Origin: Deltaproteobacteria bacterium
GTDB taxonomy: Bacteria; Desulfobacterota_D; UBA1144; Nemesobacterales; CSP1-2
Assembly: GCA_052390235.1 (NCBI GenBank)
Contig: JBQTHB010000006.1
Location: forward strand, 96,001-160,000
DNA: 64,000 nucleotides
Reading direction: 5' to 3'
Positions 29,203 through 38,602 of this stretch are shown piece by piece (positions within the stretch are counted from its first letter, which is position 1; each line of letters starts with the position of its first letter). Under the pieces are notes generated by a model that made no database searches, was not told the origin of the DNA, and worked only from the letters and a program-made list of their open reading frames with translations. A program made the translations under genes and the position numbers.

Positions 29203-30423
29203 CTATCCCAAGAGATGAAACGCCAGCCCTGAGAGGAGTTTCGGATAAAAATAGGTGGTTTTATGCGGCATCTTCTCGCCTTCCATTGAGACCTGAAGTA
29301 CCTCTAGGGGGGATATGGCGGGAAGGGCAAAGCCCATTTTATACGCGCCGCCCTCGACAAGCAAAAGAAGCTCGGGAAGGGATTTGGTGTATAAAATCCG
29401 GGACTGCTCCTCATCTAAAATCTCGCCGAACACGCGCGAGTGAAGCGTGATGACGGCAAGGCTCTTCTCGTCGTAAGAGGCATATTTAGGAGAGATTTTA
29501 AGCGTTTTACCTGCCGGAAGCACGGCGGCGAACTCATCCGAGGCGAGACGCAGAATTTCATCCGCCGAGACCTCGGAGATATTGAAACCCTCGGCGAGCT
29601 TTTGGATAACCCCCTCGGCGTCGAGAGAGCCTAGGGTTTTTACGGCCCTGTGCGTGGGCTTTATGATGAGTCCCTCGCCCTCGGCGCGGGAGAGGTAAAT
29701 CATGACGAATTCATAGGGTTCGTCGCCTGCGGCGGCTCCGTTTTTGCGGCGCTGGATGTTTCTGTAGTTAATTGCGGTTTCGTAGCGGTGGTGTCCGTCG
29801 GCTATGAGAAGCGTCTTTCCCGACATCGCGGCTTGTACGCGGGAAATTAAATCCGCATCCGAGATGCGCCACATTTTATTTCTGATGCCGTCTGCGCCGT
29901 GGGCAACGACATCGGGCTTTGCGCGCGCGATTTCTCTATCAATCTCGGATTCGATTCCGCCCTCCGGGTCTGAATAAACCGCAAACACGGGACTTAGATT
30001 TGCCCCGCAGGCTTCGGCGAGTTTCAGGCGGTCTTCTTTGTGCTTGGGAAATGTTCTCTCGTGGGGGAGGATTTGCCGCGCGTCGAAATCCTCGATTTTT
30101 ACTGCCGCCAAAAATCCCCTGCGGACAAATACCCTGCCGCCTTCCTCGAACTCCTGATAATAGGCGTAAATTGACGGCTCGCCGTCTTGGATGAGGATGC
30201 CCGCATCGAGCCACTGCCGGAAAATACGGCTCGCTTCGGCGTATTTGGCGTCCCCTTCAGCGCTATTGTACTCGAGACGGACGACGTTGTGAGGGTGCCT
30301 CGCGTACAGGGCGCTCTGCTCCTCGGGGCTTATCACGTCGTAGGGAGGGGATACTACAGAGGCAAAATCCTCAATTGTAGAGGGATTGTAGCGAACGCCG
30401 GAGAAACCGCGCACCAGTACCAT
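29203..30423 (-). CDS. DUF1015-family protein
   Basis: SPPYDVIS, ILPHERT, IADGHHRYETA, MPHKTTYFYPKLLSGL. Confidence 0.88.
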   Translation of the reverse strand: MVLVRGFSGVRYNPSTIEDFASVVSPPYDVISPEEQSALYARHPHNVVRLEYNSAEGDAKYAEASRIFRQWLDAGILIQDGEPSIYAYYQEFEEGGRVFVRRGFLAAVKIEDFDARQILPHERTFPKHKEDRLKLAEACGANLSPVFAVYSDPEGGIESEIDREIARAKPDVVAHGADGIRNKMWRISDADLISRVQAAMSGKTLLIADGHHRYETAINYRNIQRRKNGAAAGDEPYEFVMIYLSRAEGEGLIIKPTHRAVKTLGSLDAEGVIQKLAEGFNISEVSADEILRLASDEFAAVLPAGKTLKISPKYASYDEKSLAVITLHSRVFGEILDEEQSRILYTKSLPELLLLVEGGAYKMGFALPAISPLEVLQVSMEGEKMPHKTTYFYPKLLSGLAFHLLG

Positions 30424-31038
30424 TTATAGAAACTCCTTTAGCTGTTCAACCGCAATGTCGCCTTCTCTCGCCACGCGGGGGGGATTTACGGTAAGGTCTA
30501 GTATTGTAGAACCTCTCGACGGGGGAATGTTACCCGAATCAACCGCGAGTTCAACCCTGCCGTGGAACGCCGAGAGGATTTCTGCGAACCGCGTCAGATT
30601 TTCGCCGCCGCTCGGATTCGCGCTCGTTGAGGTGAGAGGTTCGTCCAGAACATCAAACAAACGCCGCACAAAGGGATGAGCCGATATTCTGAGGGCTAAA
30701 TTGCCGCTTCCCGCTGAAATAAGCTCAGGCAGCGGGCGGCGCTGCTTCAAAATTAGGGTGAGCGCCCCTGGGAGGAATTTCCTTATGAGGGCAGATGCGC
30801 GCTCGTCAACCTCGGCGCACTCGGCGAGCATCGCTTCGTCTCGCACCAAAATGGGAATGGGTTTGCCGCGGGGCCTGCCCTTATACTCGAATAGCTTGAG
30901 GACTGCCTCGGCGTCCGCGGCAACCGCGCCAAGCCCGTATAGGGTCTCAGTCGGATAGATTATTACGCCTCCGCGCCTGAGGGCGGCGAGGGCTTTCGAG
31001 GGGGATTCCGGGGCTTGGGCTTTGCAAATCTCAGTCAA
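30424..31038 (-). CDS. tsaC: L-threonylcarbamoyladenylate synthase (Sua5/YrdC)
   Basis: YPTETLYGLG, KGRP..KP, PGALTLI, LTSTSANPSG, STILD. Confidence 0.9.
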   Translation of the reverse strand: MTEICKAQAPESPSKALAALRRGGVIIYPTETLYGLGAVAADAEAVLKLFEYKGRPRGKPIPILVRDEAMLAECAEVDERASALIRKFLPGALTLILKQRRPLPELISAGSGNLALRISAHPFVRRLFDVLDEPLTSTSANPSGGENLTRFAEILSAFHGRVELAVDSGNIPPSRGSTILDLTVNPPRVAREGDIAVEQLKEFL

Positions 31039-31140
31039 GGGAGCGTCAATCGAAAGGGCAGAGCGCGAGAGCCTCAGCCTCGCCTAGAGTCTCTGGGCTG
31101 ACCCCTCTTAATCTCCTGCCAATCCGTCCGTGCAAGGGTT

Positions 31141-31629
31141 TTATCTATCTACTTTCTTTGCGGCGGCTTCGACTTTCTCCGCGAGTTTTCTGCGAAAATC
31201 CTTCACCCTTTCGCGGATGTCCGGGTACTGCAGCCCAAGAATCGAAGCGGCATAAATTGCGGCGTTTCTAGCCCCGCCCTTGCCTATAGCCATCGTTGCC
31301 ACGGGGATTCCGGGCGGCATCTGCACAATGGACAGAAGCGAGTCCATCCCCTTGAGAGGAGAGGAGTCCACCGGGACGCCGATAACCGGAAGCGTGGTAT
31401 AAGCCGCCACGACTCCCGGAAGGTGCGCCGCCCAGCCCGCTCCGGCAATGAGGATTTCAATCCCCCTGCCCTCAGCCGCCTCAACGTATTCTTTGACCTT
31501 GTGCGGTGTGCGGTGCGCCGATGCCACACGCAGTTCATAGCCAATTTCAAGCTCCTCAAGAGCCTTGCAAGCCTCGTTCATTACCTCTAAATCCGAATCG
31601 CTGCCGAGAATTATTCCAACTTTTGCCAT
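31141..31629 (-). CDS. purE: N5-CAIR mutase
   Basis: GSDSD, SAHRTP, AGAGWAAHLPG, LPVIGVP, SIVQMPPGIPVAT. Confidence 0.96.
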   Translation of the reverse strand: MAKVGIILGSDSDLEVMNEACKALEELEIGYELRVASAHRTPHKVKEYVEAAEGRGIEILIAGAGWAAHLPGVVAAYTTLPVIGVPVDSSPLKGMDSLLSIVQMPPGIPVATMAIGKGGARNAAIYAASILGLQYPDIRERVKDFRRKLAEKVEAAAKKVDR

Positions 31630-31788
31630 GAGGTGAAATTATCCGAATTTCGGGCGGAATTTCAAGAGGGGCAGGCAGAGGTTTTTTTTAGCCGTAAAAA
31701 CCACTGGGCAATAGAACCATTGAGCGCGGCGGCGCATCGCACAGAATGCCTGTCATGCCGGGCGCATCCGTGATAGAATTACCACGTC

Positions 31789-32529
31789 ATGGCGCATGAG
31801 GCAGACGAAGCGAAAATCCACGGAAGCGGCGGCATTTTAGATAAATTTCGAGACTATCTGGGTGAATTCGTCTATGGCGGGATTGACGGAAGCGTAACCA
31901 CGTTCGCCGTTGTCGCAGGCTCTACCGGGGCAAGTTTGGATTCATCCGTCATCATCATACTCGGATTTGCGAACCTCCTTGCCGACGGGTTCGCCATGTC
32001 CATCGGGGGATATTTATCTGCGAAATCCGAGCAACAGGCTTACGACAAGCACCGGAAAACGGAACTTTGGGAAATCGAGAACATCCCCGAAGCCGAGCGG
32101 GAGGAAATCCGCTTGATTTACCGCGACAAGGGATTCGAGGGCGAGATGCTGGAGGGAATCGTCGCCGTCATCACATCTGATAAGCAAAGATGGGTTGAGG
32201 TGATGATGAAAGAAGAACTGGGCTTAATTGACGAGAAGCGCTCCCCCCTGGGCAGAGGGATTATGACTTACCTATCGTTCATCGCCATTGGGATAATCCC
32301 CCTTGCCGCCTATGTTGCGGACTTTGCGTTTGATTTGAAATCGGAGCGATTATTTCTCATCTCCTGCGTTCTGACCTCAATGGGGTTCATCATCATCGGC
32401 TCGCTGAAATCGCACTTGAATAAATCGAGCCGCGCCAAGGGAATCATTGAGACGCTTATTCTAGGGGGCGCGGCGGCGGCGGTGTCGTACTTCGTGGGCA
32501 ACGCGCTTGAGAAGATAATTTCGGGGTGA
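31789..32529 (+). CDS. VIT1/CCC1-family Fe/Mn transporter
   Basis: [29 protein letters not shown]-rich cytosolic domain, MMKEELG. Confidence 0.9.
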   Translation: MAHEADEAKIHGSGGILDKFRDYLGEFVYGGIDGSVTTFAVVAGSTGASLDSSVIIILGFANLLADGFAMSIGGYLSAKSEQQAYDKHRKTELWEIENIPEAEREEIRLIYRDKGFEGEMLEGIVAVITSDKQRWVEVMMKEELGLIDEKRSPLGRGIMTYLSFIAIGIIPLAAYVADFAFDLKSERLFLISCVLTSMGFIIIGSLKSHLNKSSRAKGIIETLILGGAAAAVSYFVGNALEKIISG

Positions 32530-32534
32530 AATTT

Positions 32535-33386
32535 ATGGCAACGCATCACAAACTAATTATCGGCGACTCGGCAAGCATGGAAGAAATCCCGAATGAGGGT
32601 GTTCATCTGATGGTTACCTCTCCGCCCTATTTTAATGCTCCATTCGATTATAGAGATTTATTCAAAAGCTACGGCGAATATCTCGATTCCCTAAATAATG
32701 TGGCGAGAGAAATATTTAGAGTTCTCAAACCGGGCAGAATCGCCGCGCTTAACATAGATGATATGCTCGTTAAGGGAGAAAAATTTCCAATAGTTGCCGA
32801 TGCAACGAGAATATTTCTCGATGCGGGTTTTAGGTATAGAGATAGAATAATTTGGAAAAAACCGGACGGATATTTGAGAATCAGCAGGAGAAGCGGGGTG
32901 CTGCTGCAAAATCCGTACCCAATGTATTTCTATCCAGATAACCTTCTGGAGAGCATAATAATATTCCAAAAAGGCAAATTCGACTATAAATCCATGACGA
33001 ATGACTCAAGAGAAGAGTCCAAAGTGGATGTTAAGGAATTTTCGGATAATAAGTGGTATATGACTCTATGGGAAATGACAAATGTCCTTCCCGGAGCCGC
33101 GCTGGAAAAAGGCATCGCCGCCTTCCCAGAGCAACTACCCTATAGAATAATAAAATTGTTTTCATACGCCGGAGAAACCGTGCTTGACCCCTTCGCTGGA
33201 AGCGGCACAACCATGAAAGTGGCAAGGGAACTGAGCCGAAATAGTATCGGAATTGAGATTAAAGAGTCTCTGATTCCGATAATTAGTCAAAAAACCGGAT
33301 TTAAAGGGCAATCGTCGCTTTTTCATCCCGAAGACACTCTCGACATTCTCATAAGACGGGAGGTCAAATATAAACATATCGGCTAA
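32535..33386 (+). CDS. Beta-class DNA methyltransferase (SPPY, likely N4-cytosine)
   Basis: IIGDS, VTSPPY, IIWKK, AAFPEQLP, VLDPFAGSGTT, SIGIEI. Start ATG 32535 or GTG 32526. Confidence 0.9.
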   Translation: MATHHKLIIGDSASMEEIPNEGVHLMVTSPPYFNAPFDYRDLFKSYGEYLDSLNNVAREIFRVLKPGRIAALNIDDMLVKGEKFPIVADATRIFLDAGFRYRDRIIWKKPDGYLRISRRSGVLLQNPYPMYFYPDNLLESIIIFQKGKFDYKSMTNDSREESKVDVKEFSDNKWYMTLWEMTNVLPGAALEKGIAAFPEQLPYRIIKLFSYAGETVLDPFAGSGTTMKVARELSRNSIGIEIKESLIPIISQKTGFKGQSSLFHPEDTLDILIRREVKYKHIG

Positions 33387-34443
33387 GATAACTGGAATTA
33401 AATACTCGCCCCTGCTATGCGCTTCATTGGAGAAATTCAAAATAGCAAACCTCGCCGAAGCCTTATCAAGCAAGACGGGTTTCATATTAGACATGGAAGG
33501 GAACCGCCGTATTGCGCTGAGCTGGTGGGTATCCCCAAAACGAACGAGGTCATACCCCTACGCTAGGGTCTATAACACCTTAAATTTCCAAGGGAAAAGA
33601 GCAACTATCATTCCAATTATTAAAGACGAAGGGAAAAAAGGGGATAGAGATTTCCTACAATGGGACACAATTTCCCTTATGAGTCTGCTAGGAATCTATT
33701 TAATAATTTCATATTACGCACGCGCAGAGCCAAGCCAAAGGTATCGAAATAAAATTACAAATCAGCAATTCAAACTAGACCAAGTCAGGAATGAAATACA
33801 CCGCTTGCTATCTTATCAGTCCGACGCTCTGCACTGGAATCTTAGCCAAGCCGAGAAGGCAGGAGTTCTTGGACGAGAAGCTCTCGATGCCTACGGAGAA
33901 ATTTCCAGCGAGCTAGGCGTTGAGATACACTCCAGAAAATCCGCGGAGAACAGAGTGAATGAGATTTTAAAGGGTAGAGAAAACTTCATGTCTCTGTCCA
34001 GAACCCTAGCGGAGAAAGCGCAAAAACGGGAAAAGTTAACCGTTCAACCCAAGGAAAAACTATCAGGCATGAAGGCAACACTGACAATTAAAAACTATCT
34101 GGGAGGATATTATTATTTGACTTGCGATGAAGCATATATAGAAAATGAAAAACTCTATTTGACCGAGTGCAAGCATAGCAGAAGGGAAAAGTTACCTTCT
34201 TTGGAGGATATTAAAGACGGCTTGGTAAAGATGATTTTACTCACAAATCTCAAAGTAGCAGTAGTTGGAGGGAGAGAATACACTCCGCTTAGCGCGTTGA
34301 AGCTCACAAGCGATGTCAATTTCTCTCCCAATTCCTTGGCGAAATATCAAATTTCACATCTCCGAACCCTCCAAAAAGAAGCCGAGGAAAACGGCTTCGA
34401 GGTTCTCATCAACGATATAAATCTGCGACTACTCCAATTGTAA
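33370..34443 (+). CDS. Putative type II restriction endonuclease
   Basis: Follows and overlaps the MTase, AT-rich; LTCDE...LTECKHS fits a PD-(D/E)xK core. Frame is open from ATA 33370 behind a GGGAGGT SD; ORF-track start is TTG 33427. Confidence 0.65.
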   Translation: MNISAKITGIKYSPLLCASLEKFKIANLAEALSSKTGFILDMEGNRRIALSWWVSPKRTRSYPYARVYNTLNFQGKRATIIPIIKDEGKKGDRDFLQWDTISLMSLLGIYLIISYYARAEPSQRYRNKITNQQFKLDQVRNEIHRLLSYQSDALHWNLSQAEKAGVLGREALDAYGEISSELGVEIHSRKSAENRVNEILKGRENFMSLSRTLAEKAQKREKLTVQPKEKLSGMKATLTIKNYLGGYYYLTCDEAYIENEKLYLTECKHSRREKLPSLEDIKDGLVKMILLTNLKVAVVGGREYTPLSALKLTSDVNFSPNSLAKYQISHLRTLQKEAEENGFEVLINDINLRLLQL

Positions 34444-34475
34444 AATTCGTTCAGGTTGATTTATACTCTCCTGCA

Positions 34476-34895
34476 ATGAACCGCTGGCTTGTGAAATCCG
34501 AACCTAGCGCCTATTCGTGGCAGGAGTTTCTCGAAGACGGGCGAGCCTTTTGGGACGGGGTGCGAAACTATCAGGCGCGAAACAACCTCAGAGCCATGAA
34601 GCTCGCAGACCCGGTGCTTTTCTATCACAGCAACGAGGGCCATGAGGTGGCAGGCGTGGCCGAGGTCGTCAAGGAGGCGTATCGAGACCCGACGTCGGAG
34701 AGCGCCGAATGGGTTGCAGTGGACATAAAACCCGTCCGAACCCTGAGCAATACCGTGTCTCTTGCCAACATCAGGGAAAACCCGCGCCTGCAGAATATCG
34801 CCCTCATCAGGCAGAGCCGCCTTTCCGTTATGCCCGTTACAGAGGACGAATTCGATGCAATTTTGGAGATGTCAGAGAGCCAAAGCGGTAAATAA
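34476..34895 (+). CDS. EVE domain protein (THYN1-like)
   Basis: WLVKSEP..YSW, WDGVRNYQARN, VLFYHS, RLSVMPV. Confidence 0.92.
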   Translation: MNRWLVKSEPSAYSWQEFLEDGRAFWDGVRNYQARNNLRAMKLADPVLFYHSNEGHEVAGVAEVVKEAYRDPTSESAEWVAVDIKPVRTLSNTVSLANIRENPRLQNIALIRQSRLSVMPVTEDEFDAILEMSESQSGK

Positions 34896-34914
34896 AACCG
34901 CTTCAATGCCCGTC

Positions 34915-34942
34915 TTGAAACTTCGACTTGCCGTGATATAAT
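34915..34942 (+). promoter_or_regulatory. Sigma70-type promoter of tRNA-Met
   Basis: TTGAAA-16 bp-TATAAT with extended TG, 21 nt before the tRNA. Confidence 0.65.
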
Positions 34943-34963
34943 TCCCATCCACTCCTGATTTTA

Positions 34964-35039
34964 GGCGGCGTAGCTCAGGCGGTAGAGCAGGGCTCTCATA
35001 AGGCCTTGGTCGCAGGTTCGATTCCTGCCGCCGCCACCA
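34964..35039 (+). tRNA. tRNA-Met(CAT), probably elongator
   Basis: GGCGGCG/CGCCGCC-A-CCA acceptor (paired 1:72, so not initiator), anticodon loop CTCATAA, GGTTCGATTCC T-loop; Ile2 identity not fully excluded. Confidence 0.92.
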
Positions 35040-35064
35040 CCATCCAGCCCTAAATGCCCTTGCG

Positions 35065-35103
35065 TTAATCTATGATTAATTCCTTCTTCATAATTCCTTA
35101 ACA
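35065..35103 (+). promoter_or_regulatory. Pho-box-like tandem repeats upstream of pstS
   Basis: TTAATC (35065), TTAATT (35076), TTCATA (35087), TTAACA (35098) at exact 11-bp periodicity. Confidence 0.7.
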
Positions 35104-35158
35104 ATCCAAATTTATCCTTAGCCAAAGTACAACCTAGATTCACGGAGGAGGAAATACA

Positions 35159-36178
35159 ATGTTTAATTCTAAAACTAAGGCTATTGGGTTAAGCGTGGCT
35201 CTAGCGGCGATAGTTCTTACCGTAGCCGTGAGCGCGAATTTGGGTGTCGCCGCCGACGCGCCCAAAGTTGACCCGAATCTCTCGCAGTACAAGAAAGTAA
35301 GCGGCGTCTCAGGCAATATCAGCAGTGTCGGCTCGGACTCAATGAACAACCTCATGACGCTCTGGTGCGAGGGGTTTGCCAAATATTACCCCAATGTCAG
35401 ATGCCAAATCGAGGGCAAAGGCTCAAGCACCGCCCCCACCGCGCTCATCGCTGGCACGGCGCAAATTGGCCCAATGTCCAGAGCGATGAAAGGCACGGAA
35501 AAGGACGAGTTCGAGAAGAAATTCGGCTATAAACCGACTGAAATCCGCACCTCAATTGACTCCCTTGCGGTCTATGTGAACAAAGACAACCCGCTTGAGT
35601 GCTTGGCTATAAAACAGGTTGACTCGATATTCTCAAAAACTAGAAAATGCGGCGCAACAGACGGAGCCGGCACTTGGGGAGATGTAGGTCTCAGCGGGGA
35701 CTGGGCAGGGCGGCCCCTGAGCATTTACGGCAGAAACTCGGCTTCAGGCACTTACGGGTTCTTCAAAGAGACGGCTCTTTGCAAGGGCGACTATAAAGAC
35801 GAGGTCAAAGAACAGCCCGGTTCGGCTTCAGTGGTTCAAGGCGTAACCGAAGACCGCTTCGGCGTCGGCTACAGCGGCATCGGCTACAGAACCTCCGGCG
35901 TTAAAGCCATTAGCCTCGCCAAGGACGGCAAAGCCTGCGCCGAGCCAAATCTGGATAACGTGCTGAACGGCTCCTACCCCCTCGGCAGATACCTCTACGT
36001 TTATATCAACAAAACCCCTAACAAATCCCCCGAGCCGCTCGTTAAGGAATTCCTCAAATTCGTCCTCAGCAAAGAGGGCCAGCTGGTAGTCGTAAAAGAC
36101 GGATACGACCCGATGCCTGCCACAATAGCGGCGGAAGAAATTAAAAAAATAGATTCAACCGAAACGGCTTCAAATTAA
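35159..36178 (+). CDS. pstS: Phosphate ABC transporter substrate-binding protein
   Basis: Signal peptide; VGSDSM, GKGSSTA, GPMSR, GRNSASGTY, YPLGRYLYVY; SD GGAGG. Confidence 0.95.
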   Translation: MFNSKTKAIGLSVALAAIVLTVAVSANLGVAADAPKVDPNLSQYKKVSGVSGNISSVGSDSMNNLMTLWCEGFAKYYPNVRCQIEGKGSSTAPTALIAGTAQIGPMSRAMKGTEKDEFEKKFGYKPTEIRTSIDSLAVYVNKDNPLECLAIKQVDSIFSKTRKCGATDGAGTWGDVGLSGDWAGRPLSIYGRNSASGTYGFFKETALCKGDYKDEVKEQPGSASVVQGVTEDRFGVGYSGIGYRTSGVKAISLAKDGKACAEPNLDNVLNGSYPLGRYLYVYINKTPNKSPEPLVKEFLKFVLSKEGQLVVVKDGYDPMPATIAAEEIKKIDSTETASN

Positions 36179-36194
36179 GCAAGCTCACGCTAAG

Positions 36195-36226
36195 GAGAGG
36201 CGGCGGTATCGTCGCCTCTTTTTTTT
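36195..36226 (+). terminator. Hairpin plus U-tract between pstS and pstC
   Basis: AGAGGCGGCG-GTAT-CGTCGCCTCT followed by a T run; partial terminator or mRNA stabiliser. Confidence 0.7.
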
Positions 36227-36250
36227 GCGAACTCCGCGAGAAGAGAAAAA

Positions 36251-38569
36251 ATGGCGACCCTTTCCACACGAATAGAGAAAAAACCCAAGCTCGTTCTTGG
36301 AATTGACAAAAGACGCCTTGCCGACAAAGCGGCAACCGTAGTCGTAACCTTTGGCGGCATCGCAATAATCCTCAGCATCGCAGCCATTTTACTATTCATA
36401 TCCCTTGAGGTCTATCCCCTGTGGAAAGGGGCAGAGGCGCAGCTCACGGGAAAATTCGATGTGAAGCGATACGCCTTCCTGCCCCAGAACCCCGAATCCG
36501 GTTTTGAGATTGCCGCTCTAGGGGTTGAGGAGTATCAGGAGGTCGGATATTTCATCACAAAATCGGGCGTCGTCAGTTTCATATCCCTCTCCGACGGGAC
36601 ACTAGTAAAAGAAGAAAGAATCGAGGGATTGGATGGCAGACGCCTCGCCTCGGCGCAAGGCTCTATCAATAGCAAAAATTTCACCCTCGCCACCGAAGAT
36701 GGCATCGTCCTGCCCATCGAGATAAAATCGAGCGCTAGCTTCTCCGAGGGCGGCACAAGGACTCTCGCCCTTGAGGTTGTGGAGGGGGATTTGATTGAGA
36801 TGGACTCCGTAGCCCTCAAGCGGGCGGCTCATCAAACCTCGGACGAGGGCGCGCGAGCCTCAGCCGCAATTACCGGAGACGGCAGGCTCCTGCTCGCGTT
36901 TGAACGAGAGGCGGAAGAGTCCGAATTCGGAGGGTTAGAAGAGGCGCAAACCGAGGTTCAATCCCCAGCTCGCACAAAAGCCCTATTTGACCTCACGCCG
37001 GAATTGAGCGGGAGCGCGCCGACAGAAATCGCCCTCGATGAATTCATGGATAATCTATACGTCGGCGTGGCTGATGGACGCATATTCCGCTGGGATTTAA
37101 AAGATAAATCCGCCCCTAAGCTAGCCGAATCCACAGAGGCATCAGCAAATAAAACCCCGATAACCGCCCTCGGATTTATTCTCGGAGACCGCTCCCTCAT
37201 CGTGGGCGACGCATCTGGCGGGGTGTCAATTTGGTTTCAGATAGAGGACAAAACGTCGCCCACGGGCAGAAGGCTCGTCAAGGCGCACACGCTCTCATCG
37301 CACAAATCCGAGGTCGTAGCAGTCGCCGCATCCCCTAGGGACAGGGGACTGCTCACCGCCGACGCCGAAGGGAATCTCATCCTCCACTACTCAACAGCCG
37401 AGAGGAAACTACTCGAAATCCAAGGCGACGGGCGTGCGATTAAAGCCCTCGCCTTCGCCCCCAAGGCTAACGGCGCGCTGGCAGTTGACGGCGGGGGGAC
37501 GCTCATGGGATTCGGCATTGACAACCCTCACCCGGAAATCACGCTCAGGAGCCTGTTCGGGCGAATTTGGTACGAGGGATATTCAGAACCCGAATACGTC
37601 TGGCAGTCAACCGGCGGCACGGACGATTTCGAGCCGAAACTGAGCCTCACCCCCCTTGCTTACGGGACTTTTAAGGGGACTCTCTACGCCCTCCTCTTCG
37701 CCGTACCCGTGGGAATTCTCGGCGCGATTTGCGTGTCGCAGTTCATGCACCCATCACTGAGAAACCTCATCAAGCCCGTAATTGAAACAATGGCGGCTCT
37801 GCCGAGTGTGGTGCTTGGGTTCGTAGCCGGGCTTCTCATCGCCCCTCTAATCGAAGGAATTCTGCCGGCAGTCCTGCTGATGCCCTTCATGATAGTAGCC
37901 CTGATACTGGTCTCGGTCTTCATCTGGAGGCTCGTTCCAAGGGGCGTTCGCGGGAAATTTAAAGAAGGCACGGAGCTTCTGCTCATGATACCTGTGTTCC
38001 TGCTGGGGATTCAGATTTGCCTGTGGCTAAACGCCCCGTTAGAGAGCTTTATGTTCGGCGGGGATTACAGAAACTGGCTCTTCAGCGTCTTGGGGCTTCA
38101 GTACGACCAGAGGAATTCGCTCGTCGTGGGACTCGCCATGGGCTTTGCAGTTATCCCGATAATATTCACGATTTCGGAGGATTCGCTCTCGAACGTGCCG
38201 AGGCATCTGGTGTCGGGGTCTCTGGCGCTGGGGGCAACGAAGTGGCAGACTGCCATACAAGTGGTGCTTCCGACGGCGAGCGCTGGGATATTCTCAGCGG
38301 TCATGATTGGGCTTGGAAGGGCTGTGGGCGAGACAATGATAGTGCTTATGGCTACGGGCAACACCCCTATCATAGACTGGAGCATATTCAACGGATTCAG
38401 GGCCCTTTCAGCCAATATTGCCGTTGAAATTCCCGAAGCCCCCGAAGGAGGAACGCTCTACAGGGTGCTGTTTTTGGCGGCTCTGCTCCTGTTTTTCGTA
38501 ACTTTTATCGTCAACACCGCGGCGGAGCTTGTGAGGCAGAGGCTTAGGAAAAAATACGGACAGCTCTAG
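36251..38569 (+). CDS. pstC: Phosphate ABC transporter permease PstC with large beta-propeller-like extracytoplasmic domain
   Basis: WD40-like repeats, WQSTGGTDDFEPK, AALPSVVLG, GRAVGETMIV. Confidence 0.92.
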   Translation: MATLSTRIEKKPKLVLGIDKRRLADKAATVVVTFGGIAIILSIAAILLFISLEVYPLWKGAEAQLTGKFDVKRYAFLPQNPESGFEIAALGVEEYQEVGYFITKSGVVSFISLSDGTLVKEERIEGLDGRRLASAQGSINSKNFTLATEDGIVLPIEIKSSASFSEGGTRTLALEVVEGDLIEMDSVALKRAAHQTSDEGARASAAITGDGRLLLAFEREAEESEFGGLEEAQTEVQSPARTKALFDLTPELSGSAPTEIALDEFMDNLYVGVADGRIFRWDLKDKSAPKLAESTEASANKTPITALGFILGDRSLIVGDASGGVSIWFQIEDKTSPTGRRLVKAHTLSSHKSEVVAVAASPRDRGLLTADAEGNLILHYSTAERKLLEIQGDGRAIKALAFAPKANGALAVDGGGTLMGFGIDNPHPEITLRSLFGRIWYEGYSEPEYVWQSTGGTDDFEPKLSLTPLAYGTFKGTLYALLFAVPVGILGAICVSQFMHPSLRNLIKPVIETMAALPSVVLGFVAGLLIAPLIEGILPAVLLMPFMIVALILVSVFIWRLVPRGVRGKFKEGTELLLMIPVFLLGIQICLWLNAPLESFMFGGDYRNWLFSVLGLQYDQRNSLVVGLAMGFAVIPIIFTISEDSLSNVPRHLVSGSLALGATKWQTAIQVVLPTASAGIFSAVMIGLGRAVGETMIVLMATGNTPIIDWSIFNGFRALSANIAVEIPEAPEGGTLYRVLFLAALLLFFVTFIVNTAAELVRQRLRKKYGQL

Positions 38570-38602
38570 CTATTGGTTTGCGCCGTCTCATAGTGGAGAG
38601 AA

